From positions 188,734 through 252,733 of the forward strand of contig CAVQPT010000006.1 in NCBI GenBank assembly GCA_963714855.1: 64,000 nt of DNA. The letters are read 5' to 3'. Positions 27,644 through 38,360 of this stretch are shown here, in pieces. The position numbers and the translations under genes were made by a program. The stretch is from an uncultured Bacteroidota bacterium. Lineage in GTDB: Bacteria; Bacteroidota; Ignavibacteria; UBA10030; UBA6906. Positions within the stretch are counted from its first letter, which is position 1, and each line of letters begins with the position of its first letter. A model generated the notes under the pieces. It made no database searches and was not told the origin of the DNA. It saw only the letters and a program-made list of their open reading frames with translations.

Positions 27644-29257
27644 ATGAAGAAACGATTGCTGTTCCCCGGGGCGCTGATGCTGCTGTGCGGCATCATCGCT
27701 CTCCCTGCTTCGGCTTCCACGAAGTACGTGATGTCTCTGACGGAAAATTGGGAGATCAAAGGGGATCTTCCCGTGCACGCGATGCTGATCAGTCTGCAGG
27801 GTGTCGCGAACGCCGATGCTCCCCGGCTGTATTTCCGGTACCCCCCGAAGTGGGACTACAATTTCTGTGACCCGCTGCTCGACTACTACCGGTCGTCCCG
27901 CGGGATGAAATTCGAGGAACTCCGGATTGCGGATACCGCCCTTGCGGTTTTGGGGCAGTATGCCCGGGGATATGTTGTGTGGGATAAGAACGTCCGCACA
28001 TCGCTGATTGTGGCATTCACTGCAGCGGGCGTCCACCGTGCAGTGGTGGTGACGGAAGATCTTATCCCGATGGTTGAGAAGGCCGGGCTGAGGATGGTGG
28101 AAGACCTGAGGGGAAAGTTCACCGGACAGTCCGACCTGCAAATCTACGAGTGGGCCTATCGCCGCTACTGGTCCTCCTGCAGCCGGGAGTACCTGGTGTA
28201 TCTTGGCGGTGAAGCGGGGCCCATCATGAAGCCGGGGATCGCCGATTTCGGAGTCATGCAGAAGGCCTTCTTCACTGATGCCTCCACGAACCCGCGTGAT
28301 ACGCTTGAGTACGCCTTTGCACAGCGCCTGTTCAGCGAAATGCCTCCCCTGTCCATGGTGATGGGATGGCATTCATACAAAAAGGATCTTGAAGCGCAAC
28401 AGGTCACGCTTGCGTCCCGCTATGCCCTCCGTGTGGAGGGTCTCCACACGCTGCCGAACATGAGCTTCAATCATCAAATCCCGCTCTCGTCCGGCTTTCA
28501 GTTCAAGAACCGTCATACCGTGACGAAAGGGAAAACGTTACTTCCGGAGAAGAAGGTGTACCTTGCATGCATCCAGACCGATTGTCTTGGTCTCGGGGCG
28601 TGGACCAAACCCGGCCGGGGCGGGATTCCGTACGCATGGGAAGTGACGATGAACTGGGCATGGCTGGCGCCGGCGATGCTCCAGTTTTTCTACGACATGG
28701 CAACGCCCAACGACTATTTTATCGGATCGCTTTCCGGTCCGGGGTATATGTATCCCAAGGCGATTCCCGCCGAACATCTGGACGCGGTGATTGACAGCGC
28801 ATACGCGCTGATGCGTCTTCTTGATCTGAATGTCTTCGAAATCATGGATCATTCGGCGTACTGGACGTCGGATGGCGTCGATGCCGACCTTCCCAAGGCG
28901 CTCGTAGACCGGTATTTTGCCAGGATGCCTGACGTGCTTGGCATCGCAAATGGATACCGCCCGGCACACACATTCGCCGTGCACAACAGGCGACCGTTTG
29001 TGTCGTATGATTACTATCTCGGAGAAAAGCGCGTTGAGGATGAGGCCGTTGCCGATCTGCAGGAACTCGCGGCCCTGAACGCGCGGCGTCCGTATTTCCT
29101 GCTGATGCATGTGCGGCAGTGGAGCGATATTACACGTGTAAAGGGGATTCTGGACCGCCTCGGTCCCGAGTTCGTCGTTGTCCCGCTCGACGTATTTCTG
29201 ACCATGGCAGGCGCCCGACCCACGTTTGAAACACACTATGGCGAGACCGATCGTTAA
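27644..29257 (+). CDS. GxGYxYP-family putative glycoside hydrolase, secreted
   Basis: ATG at 27644 preceded by aagga, and a signal peptide MKKRLLFPGALMLLCGIIALPASAS. The family motif GSLSGPGYMYP (GxGYxYP) is present. Confidence 0.7.
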   Translation: MKKRLLFPGALMLLCGIIALPASASTKYVMSLTENWEIKGDLPVHAMLISLQGVANADAPRLYFRYPPKWDYNFCDPLLDYYRSSRGMKFEELRIADTALAVLGQYARGYVVWDKNVRTSLIVAFTAAGVHRAVVVTEDLIPMVEKAGLRMVEDLRGKFTGQSDLQIYEWAYRRYWSSCSREYLVYLGGEAGPIMKPGIADFGVMQKAFFTDASTNPRDTLEYAFAQRLFSEMPPLSMVMGWHSYKKDLEAQQVTLASRYALRVEGLHTLPNMSFNHQIPLSSGFQFKNRHTVTKGKTLLPEKKVYLACIQTDCLGLGAWTKPGRGGIPYAWEVTMNWAWLAPAMLQFFYDMATPNDYFIGSLSGPGYMYPKAIPAEHLDAVIDSAYALMRLLDLNVFEIMDHSAYWTSDGVDADLPKALVDRYFARMPDVLGIANGYRPAHTFAVHNRRPFVSYDYYLGEKRVEDEAVADLQELAALNARRPYFLLMHVRQWSDITRVKGILDRLGPEFVVVPLDVFLTMAGARPTFETHYGETDR

Positions 29258-29281
29258 TTGTTCACTCAGACTGGAGATCCA

Positions 29282-31300
29282 ATGCACACGTATGCTCGAC
29301 AGACGATGGTGATTGTTCTTCTCGCCTTTGCGGCGACAGGTCTCGTTGCGGGAGAGACCAACGGAATCTTTTTTGACACGCGCACGCTTCCCCAGGTCCG
29401 TGAGAGGTTTGCAGCCGACCCGCTGTTTGCCGATCTGCGCCATCAGATGGACACCGTCAACAGGGATGCGGAGAGAACATTCCTGCGGAACGACGTCCGC
29501 TACAATGATCAGCTCTACGATATTGCGCGCGTCGGAAATCTGGCGCAGCAGATGGCCCTGCTCTATCTGTATACGGGCGACAGAGATGCCGCGGCGCTTG
29601 CCCGGGAGTGCGTGGAAACCCTGATGCGGTTTCCGAAGTGGGACTACTTCCTGGAAGGGGGGTCCGTTATGGTCGGTCTCCAGCGCGCTCCCAATTCCGC
29701 CATCGCGGTCGCTCTCGTTATTGAGACGCTTGGAGATCTTGTGGACAGCGACACCCGGACCGCGTGGCTGAAAACTATGGCGGCCCGCGGGACGGAAGCA
29801 TGCTATGCCGCAACATACGGCATGCGGTATCCTGACCGCGTGAAAGGATGGACGATGGATACCGCGAGCACCTATTTCACACACAGGCCTGCTGACCGGG
29901 GGCTCAGTCTTGCCCGGTGGCCGATCATTCTGGATAAGATCAACCTGAAGGCGATCCCCGCCTCGGCGCTCACACTGTCGGCATTGACCTATCGCAAATA
30001 TCTGGGCGACACCGAGGATACGCGCCGCTGGCTCGAACAGGCGGAATACAGCGTAACGACGTTCCGCGATATCTATGCACAGGATGGATCGTACAACGAA
30101 GGCGTCTCATACGCCCATTACACCACATTGCATCTCATCCAGGCGATTGATGCCATGAAACGTGCAGGTGTCGCCGACCTGACCGACCTCCTGAACTGGT
30201 CCGGATACCAGACCTACCTCCTGGAGATGACACAGCCGACACGCGATGACCGCTCCGCCATCATCAACTTCAGCGATGCGGGGCGTGGATCCTACGCCTC
30301 GGTGCCATTCTGGATTGCACACCAGACCCGGGACCGGACGGCGCAGTGGTTTGCCACCGCGCTTGCGGAGGGACGGGACATGTGGTCCGTTCTGTATTAT
30401 GACCCGTCGGTGACGCCCGAACCTCCCGCAGAGCGGCCGCACCTGTGGCACTCGGTGCTGGACTGGATCGTGGCACGGACCGGCTATGCGCCTCAGGACC
30501 TTGTGGTAGCGATGCGCAGCGGGCAGGCCATGAACCATGAACATGCCGATCGCAACTCCCTCATCGTGAAGTGCTTCGGGGAGCATCTGGTGGTGGATCC
30601 CATGCGCCCTCCGTACAATTTCAAAGACCCGGCATGGAAGATGCGCCTGACCGCAGGCCATAGCGCGCTCCTGATCGATGGCCAGGGGCATCAGTATGTC
30701 GACGGTATTGAAGGTACAAATGCATCGCTGGCGCGGGCGACAATCGTCCGCAGCATGACGACAAACCATCTGATGTCCTGGACGAGTGATGCAACGACGG
30801 CATACCAGCTCGTCCTCCCTGACGTCCGGTCGGTGACGCGCACCGTGATCGTTCTTCACGAAGTGCCCGCCGTGCTGATCGTTGACAAAGTCCGCAAAAC
30901 GGCCGTGCCGTCAACGATACAGGCACGATTCTACGGTTTCAACCTGGACGGCAAAGGGACGGTCGCTGCTTCCAAGGCCGGTTTTGACCTCACGAGACCG
31001 TCCGCCCGGATGGCGGGTCTCGCAGCCGCCGACGCGGGGGTTGCCTATTCCACCGGTGTTCCCTCGATTCCACCAGAAAAGGCGGGTTCCTTCCCGTTTG
31101 TGGATGTCGGAACCGTCCGGCCCGGTCTGGACGTGTGCCTTGTCACCGTTCTGCTCCCGGCGGCAATTCCGGGGGCAATGGGGGAAGCCACGGTGGTACG
31201 GGACGGTTCAACGTATACAGCGACAGTCCACGTGGGAGGAAAGACGAGCATTGTTCGTGTGTTTGATACCGGCACGCTTCCCGAATTTGAGCTGAAATAG
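29282..31300 (+). CDS. Heparinase II/III-like protein (polysaccharide-lyase-like alpha/alpha toroid plus beta-sandwich)
   Basis: Signal peptide, then an N-terminal helical repeat region. The C-terminal region has AMNHEHADRNSLIVKCFGEHLVVDP and HSALLIDGQGHQY, which resemble the Hepar_II_III C-terminal motifs. Confidence 0.55.
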   Translation: MHTYARQTMVIVLLAFAATGLVAGETNGIFFDTRTLPQVRERFAADPLFADLRHQMDTVNRDAERTFLRNDVRYNDQLYDIARVGNLAQQMALLYLYTGDRDAAALARECVETLMRFPKWDYFLEGGSVMVGLQRAPNSAIAVALVIETLGDLVDSDTRTAWLKTMAARGTEACYAATYGMRYPDRVKGWTMDTASTYFTHRPADRGLSLARWPIILDKINLKAIPASALTLSALTYRKYLGDTEDTRRWLEQAEYSVTTFRDIYAQDGSYNEGVSYAHYTTLHLIQAIDAMKRAGVADLTDLLNWSGYQTYLLEMTQPTRDDRSAIINFSDAGRGSYASVPFWIAHQTRDRTAQWFATALAEGRDMWSVLYYDPSVTPEPPAERPHLWHSVLDWIVARTGYAPQDLVVAMRSGQAMNHEHADRNSLIVKCFGEHLVVDPMRPPYNFKDPAWKMRLTAGHSALLIDGQGHQYVDGIEGTNASLARATIVRSMTTNHLMSWTSDATTAYQLVLPDVRSVTRTVIVLHEVPAVLIVDKVRKTAVPSTIQARFYGFNLDGKGTVAASKAGFDLTRPSARMAGLAAADAGVAYSTGVPSIPPEKAGSFPFVDVGTVRPGLDVCLVTVLLPAAIPGAMGEATVVRDGSTYTATVHVGGKTSIVRVFDTGTLPEFELK

Positions 31301-31390
31301 GTTAAGCTTCTGGTGTCGGCACGGTGTCTAAGTTGAAGGCCGGCGCCTGCCGGGTACCACACGGACCATGGACTCTCCAGGATCAATCGT

Positions 31391-32923
31391 ATGAAGCGTT
31401 GGATCGTTGTTGCCGCACTCCTCGTCATTCTCATCGCCACAGCGTGGTTTCTCCTCTTCCGCAAGAGCGGTCCGGAATACGAGTTCCGGTTTGACACGGT
31501 GTCACAGGGAGACATCACCATGTACGTTACGGCGACGGGGACGATCAACGCCGTGGTCACCGTCGAAGTCGGGACGCAGGTTTCGGGGATTGTGGAGAAG
31601 TTGTATGCCGACTTCAATTCGGTCGTAAAGGCAAGGCAGGTGATCGCACAGATCGACCCGACGTTCCTGCAGCAGTCCGTCAAGGACGCGACGGCCAGCC
31701 TGGAGCGTGCCCGCGCACAGTACAATGATGCGAAGCGTGTTCTCGAGCGGACGAAAACGCTTTTTGACAAGAAGCTCGAATCGCAGGTGAACTATGATGC
31801 TGCGTTGACGCAATTCGAATCCAATCAGGCGGTTCTGAAACAGGCGGAAGCGTCGCTCGATCGGGCGAAGATCAATCTTGCCTATGCCACAATCTACGCG
31901 CCCGTAAACGGCGTGGTCATCGACCGCAAGGTCAATGTCGGTCAGACCGTGGCTGCGAGTTTCTCCTCGCCAACGCTCTACACGATCGCCAACGACCTGC
32001 ACAAGATGCAGGTGGAGACGACCGTTGATGAGTCGGACATCGGCCGCATCAGCGTGGGCCAGGAGGCGACATTCACTGTCGATGCGTATCCGGACGACCG
32101 TTTTGTCGGCACAGTGTCTCAGGTCCGTCTCGCCCCGCTTTCCATACAGAATGTCGTCAACTATACCGTGATCATCGATGTAAACAACACCGAGCTGAAA
32201 CTGATGCCCGGGATGACGGCGAATGTGAAGATCCTGGTGGGAAGCGCACCGAACGTCTTGCGCGTATCCAATCTGGCCCTCCGGTTTCAGCCCCCGGTAC
32301 CGCTGATCGACAGCGCACGGGTTCGCGAACTGCGTGATGGGGGGGCGGGTATGGGCGCGGGTACGGGAATGGGCGGCGACGGTAGACGGGGGATGCGGGG
32401 CGAGGGTGGAGACAGAGGAGGCCCCCCGATGGGTGGCGGGGAACCGGGGACGGACGATCGCCGGGCACGTATGCGCGTCCTCCGCGATTCCGTGATGGCG
32501 GCCCACGGCGGAACCCTGAGCGACGAAGAGATGCGCGCGGAAATGGGAAAACTGTTCGCCCGTGATAAGGTGCGCGGTGCATCGCAATCGCCGGCAGCCA
32601 AGGTTGTCCCCCCGCGTCCCTCCAGTGAGGCTCGCTATGGCATCGACAATATTTTTCCCGAATACCAGAAAAGTGCCTATACCCCTTCCCGGCAGGTGAC
32701 ACGTGGCAGAGTATGGATCCTCAACAGCCACGGCAAACTCGAGCCCATCGTGGTGCGGACCGGCCTCTCCGATGGCCGCCAGACCGAGATCTCAGCTGAT
32801 TCACTGAAGTCGGGAGACCAGATCGTCGTGGGTGCCACAGCGAAGGCAGAACTTGCCTCCAAGAACGGAGCCAACCCGCTGGCGCCCACCCAGCAGCGTC
32901 CCATGGGAGGCGGGCGGCCATGA
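31391..32923 (+). CDS. macA: Efflux transporter periplasmic adaptor (MacA/HlyD family) with an approximately 90-aa Gly/Arg-rich low-complexity insertion
   Basis: N-terminal TM, lipoyl/coiled-coil hairpin (…LERARAQYNDAKRVLERTKTLFDKKLESQVNYDAALTQFESNQAVLKQAEASLDRAKINL…) and beta-barrel motifs. The insert reads RDGGAGMGAGTGMGGDGRRGMRGEGGDRGGPPMGGGEPGTDDRRARMR…. Confidence 0.85.
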   Translation: MKRWIVVAALLVILIATAWFLLFRKSGPEYEFRFDTVSQGDITMYVTATGTINAVVTVEVGTQVSGIVEKLYADFNSVVKARQVIAQIDPTFLQQSVKDATASLERARAQYNDAKRVLERTKTLFDKKLESQVNYDAALTQFESNQAVLKQAEASLDRAKINLAYATIYAPVNGVVIDRKVNVGQTVAASFSSPTLYTIANDLHKMQVETTVDESDIGRISVGQEATFTVDAYPDDRFVGTVSQVRLAPLSIQNVVNYTVIIDVNNTELKLMPGMTANVKILVGSAPNVLRVSNLALRFQPPVPLIDSARVRELRDGGAGMGAGTGMGGDGRRGMRGEGGDRGGPPMGGGEPGTDDRRARMRVLRDSVMAAHGGTLSDEEMRAEMGKLFARDKVRGASQSPAAKVVPPRPSSEARYGIDNIFPEYQKSAYTPSRQVTRGRVWILNSHGKLEPIVVRTGLSDGRQTEISADSLKSGDQIVVGATAKAELASKNGANPLAPTQQRPMGGGRP

Positions 32924-33708
32924 GTACGCTGCAAGAGTCAACGGCGCCCGGGGCAAATGGACGTTTGATTCACATCGAGCACCTGGTGAAGAATTACACG
33001 CTCGGGGAAGTCGAAGTCCACGCTCTCCGGGGCGTCAGTCTCGATGTCCGGCAAGGGGAGTTTGTCGCCATCATGGGTGCATCGGGGTCAGGAAAATCCA
33101 CATTCATGAATATCCTGGGTTGTCTGGACATCCCCACCAGAGGGACCTACCTGCTCGAGGACATCGACGTCGGCAGACTCTCCAGGGATGAACTCGCCCA
33201 TATCCGGAACAGCAAGATCGGGTTTGTCTTTCAGGGTTTCAATCTTCTCTCCCGTACGTCCGCTCTGGAAAATGCCGAGCTCCCCCTGCTCTACTGTGCG
33301 ATGTCCAACAAAGAACGAAAAGACCGCGCTATGGCTGCGCTGGAAAAAGTTGGCCTGGCAGACCGGATGCACCACCTTCCCAACCAACTGTCAGGAGGAC
33401 AGCAGCAGCGAGTGGCGATCGCGCGGGCACTGGTGAACAATCCCAGCATCGTGCTGGCGGATGAGCCCACGGGAAATCTCGACAGCAGGACGAGTGTCGA
33501 GGTGATGGAGGTCTTTCAGGATCTCAACAGGAACGGCATAACTGTTCTTCTGGTCACGCATGAACCCGATATTGCTCAGTTCACCCGTCGTCATATCACG
33601 TTCCGGGATGGAAAGATCCGGGCCGATAAGGTGAACCCCACTCCCCGCGTGGCAGCGGATGTCCTGCGCACTATGCCTGTCATTGAAGATGAGGACTCTG
33701 AAGAATGA
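32920..33708 (+). CDS. macB: ABC transporter ATP-binding protein (MacB/LolD-type)
   Basis: Walker [11 protein letters not shown]-loop, signature [15 protein letters not shown], and Walker [13 protein letters not shown]. Overlaps macA as ATGA. Confidence 0.9.
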   Translation: MSTLQESTAPGANGRLIHIEHLVKNYTLGEVEVHALRGVSLDVRQGEFVAIMGASGSGKSTFMNILGCLDIPTRGTYLLEDIDVGRLSRDELAHIRNSKIGFVFQGFNLLSRTSALENAELPLLYCAMSNKERKDRAMAALEKVGLADRMHHLPNQLSGGQQQRVAIARALVNNPSIVLADEPTGNLDSRTSVEVMEVFQDLNRNGITVLLVTHEPDIAQFTRRHITFRDGKIRADKVNPTPRVAADVLRTMPVIEDEDSEE

Positions 33709-34922
33709 AGAACCTGAATATTCTTCGATCCGCGTTTCGCGCCCTAAGGAGGAACAAACTGCGTTCGTTTCTTACCATGCTGGGCATCATTATCGGCGTG
33801 GCTGCGGTCATTGCGATGCTGGCAATCGGCCAGGGTGCGGAGTACTCGGTGAAGGAGCAAATCTCAGCCCTTGGCACAAATGTGCTGATTGTGTTTCCGG
33901 GTTCGCAGCAGCAGGGAGGGATAAGGGTCGGTGCGGGATCTGTCACCACGCTGACGGAAGATGATGCCGCTGCGATTCTCAAAGAGTGCACCGCCGTTGC
34001 ATATGTCTCTCCCGGGACCCGTTCAGGAGGTCAGGTGGTCGCCGGAAACCTCAATTGGGGGACGAGTATCGAGGGGACGGGATCGGATTACCTGGAAATC
34101 CGAAGCTGGCCGGTAGAATACGGTGAGTTCTACACCGACCAGGATGTGAAGGCTGCGTCGAAAGTCTGCGTTCTGGGTACCACAGTTTCCGATGCGCTGT
34201 TTCCCGAGTCCTCACCCGTCGGGCAGACGATCAGGGTGCGTAATGTACCCTGCAAGGTCATCGGGGTCCTCAAGCGAAAGGGACAGAACGCCATGGGGCA
34301 GGACCAGGACGATATCATCCTTGCCCCGTACACCACGGTCTTGAGACGATTGTCGCATTTTCCCTACCTCCGTCAGATTCTTGTCTCTGCGAACACACCC
34401 GCCCAGATCAGCCTTGCCCAATCGCAGATTGCCGAGGTCTTACGGACCAGGCACAGGATAGCGGCGTACGAGCCGGATGATTTCACCATCCGAAACCAAT
34501 CGGATCTGGCGGCAACGGCCACTGCGACGACGGAGATCCTGACCATTCTCCTCGCAAGTATCGCCTCCGTCTCCCTCCTTGTCGGCGGCATCGGCATCAT
34601 GAATATCATGCTGGTATCGGTAACGGAGCGGACGCGCGAAATCGGGATCCGGATGTCGGTGGGCGCCCGCGGCCGAGACATTCTTACGCAGTTTCTTATC
34701 GAAGCTCTCGTGTTGAGTCTCCTGGGGGGCATCCTCGGCATTCTCATTGGTGTCGGGGGATCAAGCGCCATCTCCACGTTTGCAAAATGGCCGACGATCA
34801 TCACTGCGTTTTCGATCATTCTCTCCTTTGGGTTCTCAATTGTCATAGGGCTCTTCTTCGGTTTCTATCCAGCACGGAAAGCCGCGTTGCTCAACCCGAT
34901 TGATGCGTTACGGTACGAATAA
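33705..34922 (+). CDS. ABC transporter permease (MacB periplasmic core domain plus FtsX-like 4-TM domain)
   Basis: N-terminal TM, a large periplasmic domain, and C-terminal FtsX-like TM helices (…GIGIMNIMLVSVTERTREIGIRMSVGA…). 405 aa. Overlaps the ATPase gene. Confidence 0.9.
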   Translation: MKNLNILRSAFRALRRNKLRSFLTMLGIIIGVAAVIAMLAIGQGAEYSVKEQISALGTNVLIVFPGSQQQGGIRVGAGSVTTLTEDDAAAILKECTAVAYVSPGTRSGGQVVAGNLNWGTSIEGTGSDYLEIRSWPVEYGEFYTDQDVKAASKVCVLGTTVSDALFPESSPVGQTIRVRNVPCKVIGVLKRKGQNAMGQDQDDIILAPYTTVLRRLSHFPYLRQILVSANTPAQISLAQSQIAEVLRTRHRIAAYEPDDFTIRNQSDLAATATATTEILTILLASIASVSLLVGGIGIMNIMLVSVTERTREIGIRMSVGARGRDILTQFLIEALVLSLLGGILGILIGVGGSSAISTFAKWPTIITAFSIILSFGFSIVIGLFFGFYPARKAALLNPIDALRYE

Positions 34923-35004
34923 TGACGGGGGGTCTGCTTCTGCACGCCCCTCCCCAGGCATCGGTGTCGTTCACTTCCCTATCCACCTATCCGGAGACCG
35001 CCTC

Positions 35005-35793
35005 ATGAAATACATTCTGACTGTTGCACTGCTCAGTCTGGTCCTGTTTATCGGGGCGGGCATTGACGACGTGCTCGGCGACATGAAGACAACAAAGCCG
35101 GCGGTCCAGGATTTCATTCAGAGTAGTTTCGGATACGGCATGCTCTCGTATCCATCGGCCTGCAGCGCAATTCCGGAGCAGAAGCGTGCCTCCGTCGTGC
35201 GCAGTGTCGGGGAGTTTGCGAAGGCGTTCACCGCGACCGACCTCTTCAAAAAATGGTATAGTTCGTTCCGGGACGGGCGGAAACCTGCTTCTCCTGAACA
35301 GATGCCTCTTGCTGCCGAGGCCCGCAGCCGACAGGTTGCCGAGATCAAAAAGCAACTCGCGGAGCAAGAGGAGGCACGTGCGTCTGCCCCAGCCGACCAG
35401 AAAGCGATGTACAATGACATCGTCAAGGCACTGAAAGACGTGCTCAAACAGGTGGAAAAGGTCGACAAGTCGCAGGATGCACAGATGGATATATTCGTCC
35501 GGCAGGCCAACGAGCAGAGCATGAAAGAGTACAAAGAGAAGCTCGCGGCGTTTGAGGCGGAATTTCCCGAAGGGAATCCGAAGCCTCTTGTCAAGCGCCG
35601 ACTTCAGCGATTTCTCGACCTGACGAAGGATGTCGATTTCCAGGCCAGGCTGGTGAAGAAAGGCGACGTGATGGTCTTTGTCAAGGAGGAGTACGAAAAC
35701 AAGGACGCCGCGTGGAAGATGGCCTTTCGCGCAGGCAGGGAAGCGGTGGAAGCAGGCCGCGCATTCGCCGGATCATGGCTGAAGGAACTGTAG
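35005..35793 (+). CDS. Secreted hypothetical protein, Lys/Glu-rich helical (262 aa)
   Basis: Internal ATG at 35005 with signal peptide MKYILTVALLSLVLFIGAG. The rest is predicted helical. Confidence 0.5.
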   Translation: MKYILTVALLSLVLFIGAGIDDVLGDMKTTKPAVQDFIQSSFGYGMLSYPSACSAIPEQKRASVVRSVGEFAKAFTATDLFKKWYSSFRDGRKPASPEQMPLAAEARSRQVAEIKKQLAEQEEARASAPADQKAMYNDIVKALKDVLKQVEKVDKSQDAQMDIFVRQANEQSMKEYKEKLAAFEAEFPEGNPKPLVKRRLQRFLDLTKDVDFQARLVKKGDVMVFVKEEYENKDAAWKMAFRAGREAVEAGRAFAGSWLKEL

Positions 35794-35815
35794 CCCCCCT
35801 GAACGTGATGAAGGC

Positions 35816-37642
35816 ATGACTATTCGGGAGAGATCGACCATGGTCAGGATCGGAACAAAGCTCGGATTCGGCATAGGCATCCTTCTGGCTCTGTGCGTGG
35901 TGATTGGCGTTGTCTCATACACGCAAACCCGCACGGTGAGCAGGAAACTGGAAGAGTTGACCCAGGTGAAGGAACCGGTGAACTCGGCGGTCTACGGTCT
36001 CGAAAACCATCTGGTTGAAGTCTCTTTTGCCGCATTCGGCTTTTCCACAACGGGGGATCCCGATCTTCGTGAGTCATTCCACAGGGCAATGGCTGATTCC
36101 GTTCGCCCGTGGAGGAGCGGAATCCTGACGATGGACCGGCAAATGAGCGCGAAAGGCGGAGAGTCGCTGGAGCGCGCGTTCGACGAGCTTCATCGTGCCG
36201 CAGCAATGCAGATCGCGCTGCGGGAGCAGGAGAGACGCACGATGGACACCTTGCAGGGTGATCTTGCCGGACTTGACCGTTTGCTTACCGACAAGATCCA
36301 GGCTTCCGTCAGCGTGAATGATCCCGTCGCGTACCGGCGGCTCCAGGTTGTTCTCGGCATGCAGGTCCAGCTCAATGCGATCACGCGGCATCTCAACAGT
36401 TTCCTCTTGTCTGGCGATGAAGAACCGGCCTCTCGCATCCGGGCGGCAGAGTCTGAGTTCTGGACCCTGTTGAGGGCCTATCAGGTTCTCGTGCTCCGTC
36501 CGGAGGAGAGAGGGTGGGCAACGGATCTCAACCGCCGGGTGCGCTCGACATTGGGAGTGACCGAAGCGGTGCTGGACCTCGACCGATCGCGGAGAGACCA
36601 CCTGGTCGGGTTTATGGAGCAGTACCACGCGTTGAAGTCTGTCCTCAGGGACGGCGTCCAGGCGGAAACAGAGGAGGGGCTGGCCCGGGCGAAAGAAGAT
36701 CTTCTGTCTGCCGGCCGAACTGCCAATACGACAATTATCGTTGTCCTGATCGTGAGTGTGCTCTTCGGGGTGGGTGCGGGGACAGCGACGACCCGCAACA
36801 TTACGCGGCCTCTTCACCATCTTACCACGGTCATGCGTGCGATTGCCGACGGCGACACACGCAGGCGTGTTGGGATTACCACATCGGACGAACTGGGTCT
36901 TGTCGGGGAGACGTTCAACCGGATGACGGATCAGCTGGAGAAGGCCGAGCGGTCGCGGATCGATGCGCTGCGGCAATTCACCTCTGCCATGCAGCGTGCC
37001 CAGGAAGAAGAACGCGCGCGGATTTCCCGTGAGTTGCATGATGACATTTGCCAGCGTTTGACCGGCACCAAATACCGTGTCGAGGTGCTGTTTGACCAGA
37101 TCCCGGCCGCAAACCGCCGGATGGTCCGAGAGCTCGAGGGGGTGACGCAGGAGCTGGATCATTCCATTGCAGAAGTCCGGCGCATTTCGTCGAACCTCCG
37201 GCCCAACGTGCTCGATGATTTTGGATTGGTGACAGCGCTCCGGATGCTCTGTTCCGAGTTTCAGAGGACTCAGAATATTTCGATGTCCTGCGATGTCAAC
37301 AATGAAGACGACATGCCGGCCGATACGCATGTTGAGATAGCCTTGTACCGCATTGCACAGGAAGCCCTTGCCAACATCGCGAAGCATGCGGGTGCGACGC
37401 ATGTGAACGTATCACTTGCCCGGGAGGGGTCGGAATTGCGTCTTCAGGTGAGGGACGATGGCAGGGGCTTTGTCCGCGGGGTCGACGCTGAGGAGGATGG
37501 AAAGGGTCATGGTTTCGGCCTGGTCAGCATGCAGGAACGTGCCGAGCTTCTCGGAGGGAGCTTCAGAGTACAGAGCGATCCCGGCGAGGGAACAGTGATC
37601 GCCATTGTTATTCCGATTCGTGGAGAGGAGGGACATGCGTAA
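35816..37642 (+). CDS. Sensor histidine kinase (periplasmic sensor, HAMP, HisKA_3, HATPase_c; NarL-partner type)
   Basis: TM1, an approximately 280-aa periplasmic helical domain, TM2, HAMP (…LGLVGETFNRMTDQLE…), an H-box ELHDDICQRLTG (HisKA_3), and N/G boxes (…GATHVNVSL…DDGRGF…GHGFGLVSMQERAELLGG). Confidence 0.9.
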   Translation: MTIRERSTMVRIGTKLGFGIGILLALCVVIGVVSYTQTRTVSRKLEELTQVKEPVNSAVYGLENHLVEVSFAAFGFSTTGDPDLRESFHRAMADSVRPWRSGILTMDRQMSAKGGESLERAFDELHRAAAMQIALREQERRTMDTLQGDLAGLDRLLTDKIQASVSVNDPVAYRRLQVVLGMQVQLNAITRHLNSFLLSGDEEPASRIRAAESEFWTLLRAYQVLVLRPEERGWATDLNRRVRSTLGVTEAVLDLDRSRRDHLVGFMEQYHALKSVLRDGVQAETEEGLARAKEDLLSAGRTANTTIIVVLIVSVLFGVGAGTATTRNITRPLHHLTTVMRAIADGDTRRRVGITTSDELGLVGETFNRMTDQLEKAERSRIDALRQFTSAMQRAQEEERARISRELHDDICQRLTGTKYRVEVLFDQIPAANRRMVRELEGVTQELDHSIAEVRRISSNLRPNVLDDFGLVTALRMLCSEFQRTQNISMSCDVNNEDDMPADTHVEIALYRIAQEALANIAKHAGATHVNVSLAREGSELRLQVRDDGRGFVRGVDAEEDGKGHGFGLVSMQERAELLGGSFRVQSDPGEGTVIAIVIPIRGEEGHA

Positions 37643-38360
37643 GACGAGAATCTTGCTGGCAGACGACCATGATGTGGTCCGCAGCGGACTGAAGGCACTG
37701 CTGCGCAGTGCTCATGATTTCGCCATTGTGGGCGAAGCGGCCGACGGCGAGGACGCCGTCCGTCTGGTCGATGAGCACCTCCCCGATATCGTCCTCATGG
37801 ATATTTCCATGCCCTTGCTGGACGGTATCGGGGCCACAAAGGTGATCAAGCAGCGCCATCCAGAGGTCAAGGTCCTGGTGCTTACGGTCTATGAGGATGA
37901 GGAGTATGTCTATCAGATCCTGCGTGCGGGCGGGAGCGGCTACATTCTCAAGAATGCGGCACGACAGGAAATCGTCGATGCCATTCATGCGGTTGCGGCG
38001 GGCGAACGGTTTTTCAGTCCCGGCATTTCTCGGGTGATCATTGACGGCTTTGTGAAGCGCGCGTTGGAGCAGGACTCGGAGTCGCCGCAGCCTCCCACGG
38101 GGGATTCGCCGTTGACGAAACGGGAAACGGAAATCCTGAGGTACATTGCTCTCGGGTACACCAACCGGCAGATTGCCGAGGAGTTGTTCCTCAGTTTCCG
38201 CACCGTGAACACACATCGGGCGAACCTGATGCAGAAACTGGACATCCACGATACCGCCGGGCTGGTTCGCCATGCGATGCACCTCGGTCTCGTCGAGTCT
38301 CCTTCGTCCTCCTCCCGCCCCCCTTCCGATTCCTTCCCTGGCAAGGGAAACCAGGCCTAG
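37635..38360 (+). CDS. Response regulator, NarL/LuxR family (REC plus HTH_LuxR) with Ser/Pro-rich C-terminal tail
   Basis: ATG at 37635 preceded by ggagaggaggg, overlapping the HK stop. REC residues DD…D(MDISMP)…T…K. The HTH_LuxR region is LTKRETEILRYIALGYTNRQIAEELFLSFRTVNTHRANLMQKL. Confidence 0.9.
   Translation: MRKTRILLADDHDVVRSGLKALLRSAHDFAIVGEAADGEDAVRLVDEHLPDIVLMDISMPLLDGIGATKVIKQRHPEVKVLVLTVYEDEEYVYQILRAGGSGYILKNAARQEIVDAIHAVAAGERFFSPGISRVIIDGFVKRALEQDSESPQPPTGDSPLTKRETEILRYIALGYTNRQIAEELFLSFRTVNTHRANLMQKLDIHDTAGLVRHAMHLGLVESPSSSSRPPSDSFPGKGNQA

Noticed and set aside
28538-29884. 448-aa minus-strand ORF antisense to the GxGYxYP and heparinase-like genes
   Set aside because: It spans two well-supported plus-strand genes. 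Shadow ORF.
36074-37402. 442-aa minus-strand ORF antisense to the histidine-kinase gene
   Set aside because: The kinase has all H/N/G boxes on the plus strand. The antisense ORF has no motifs.
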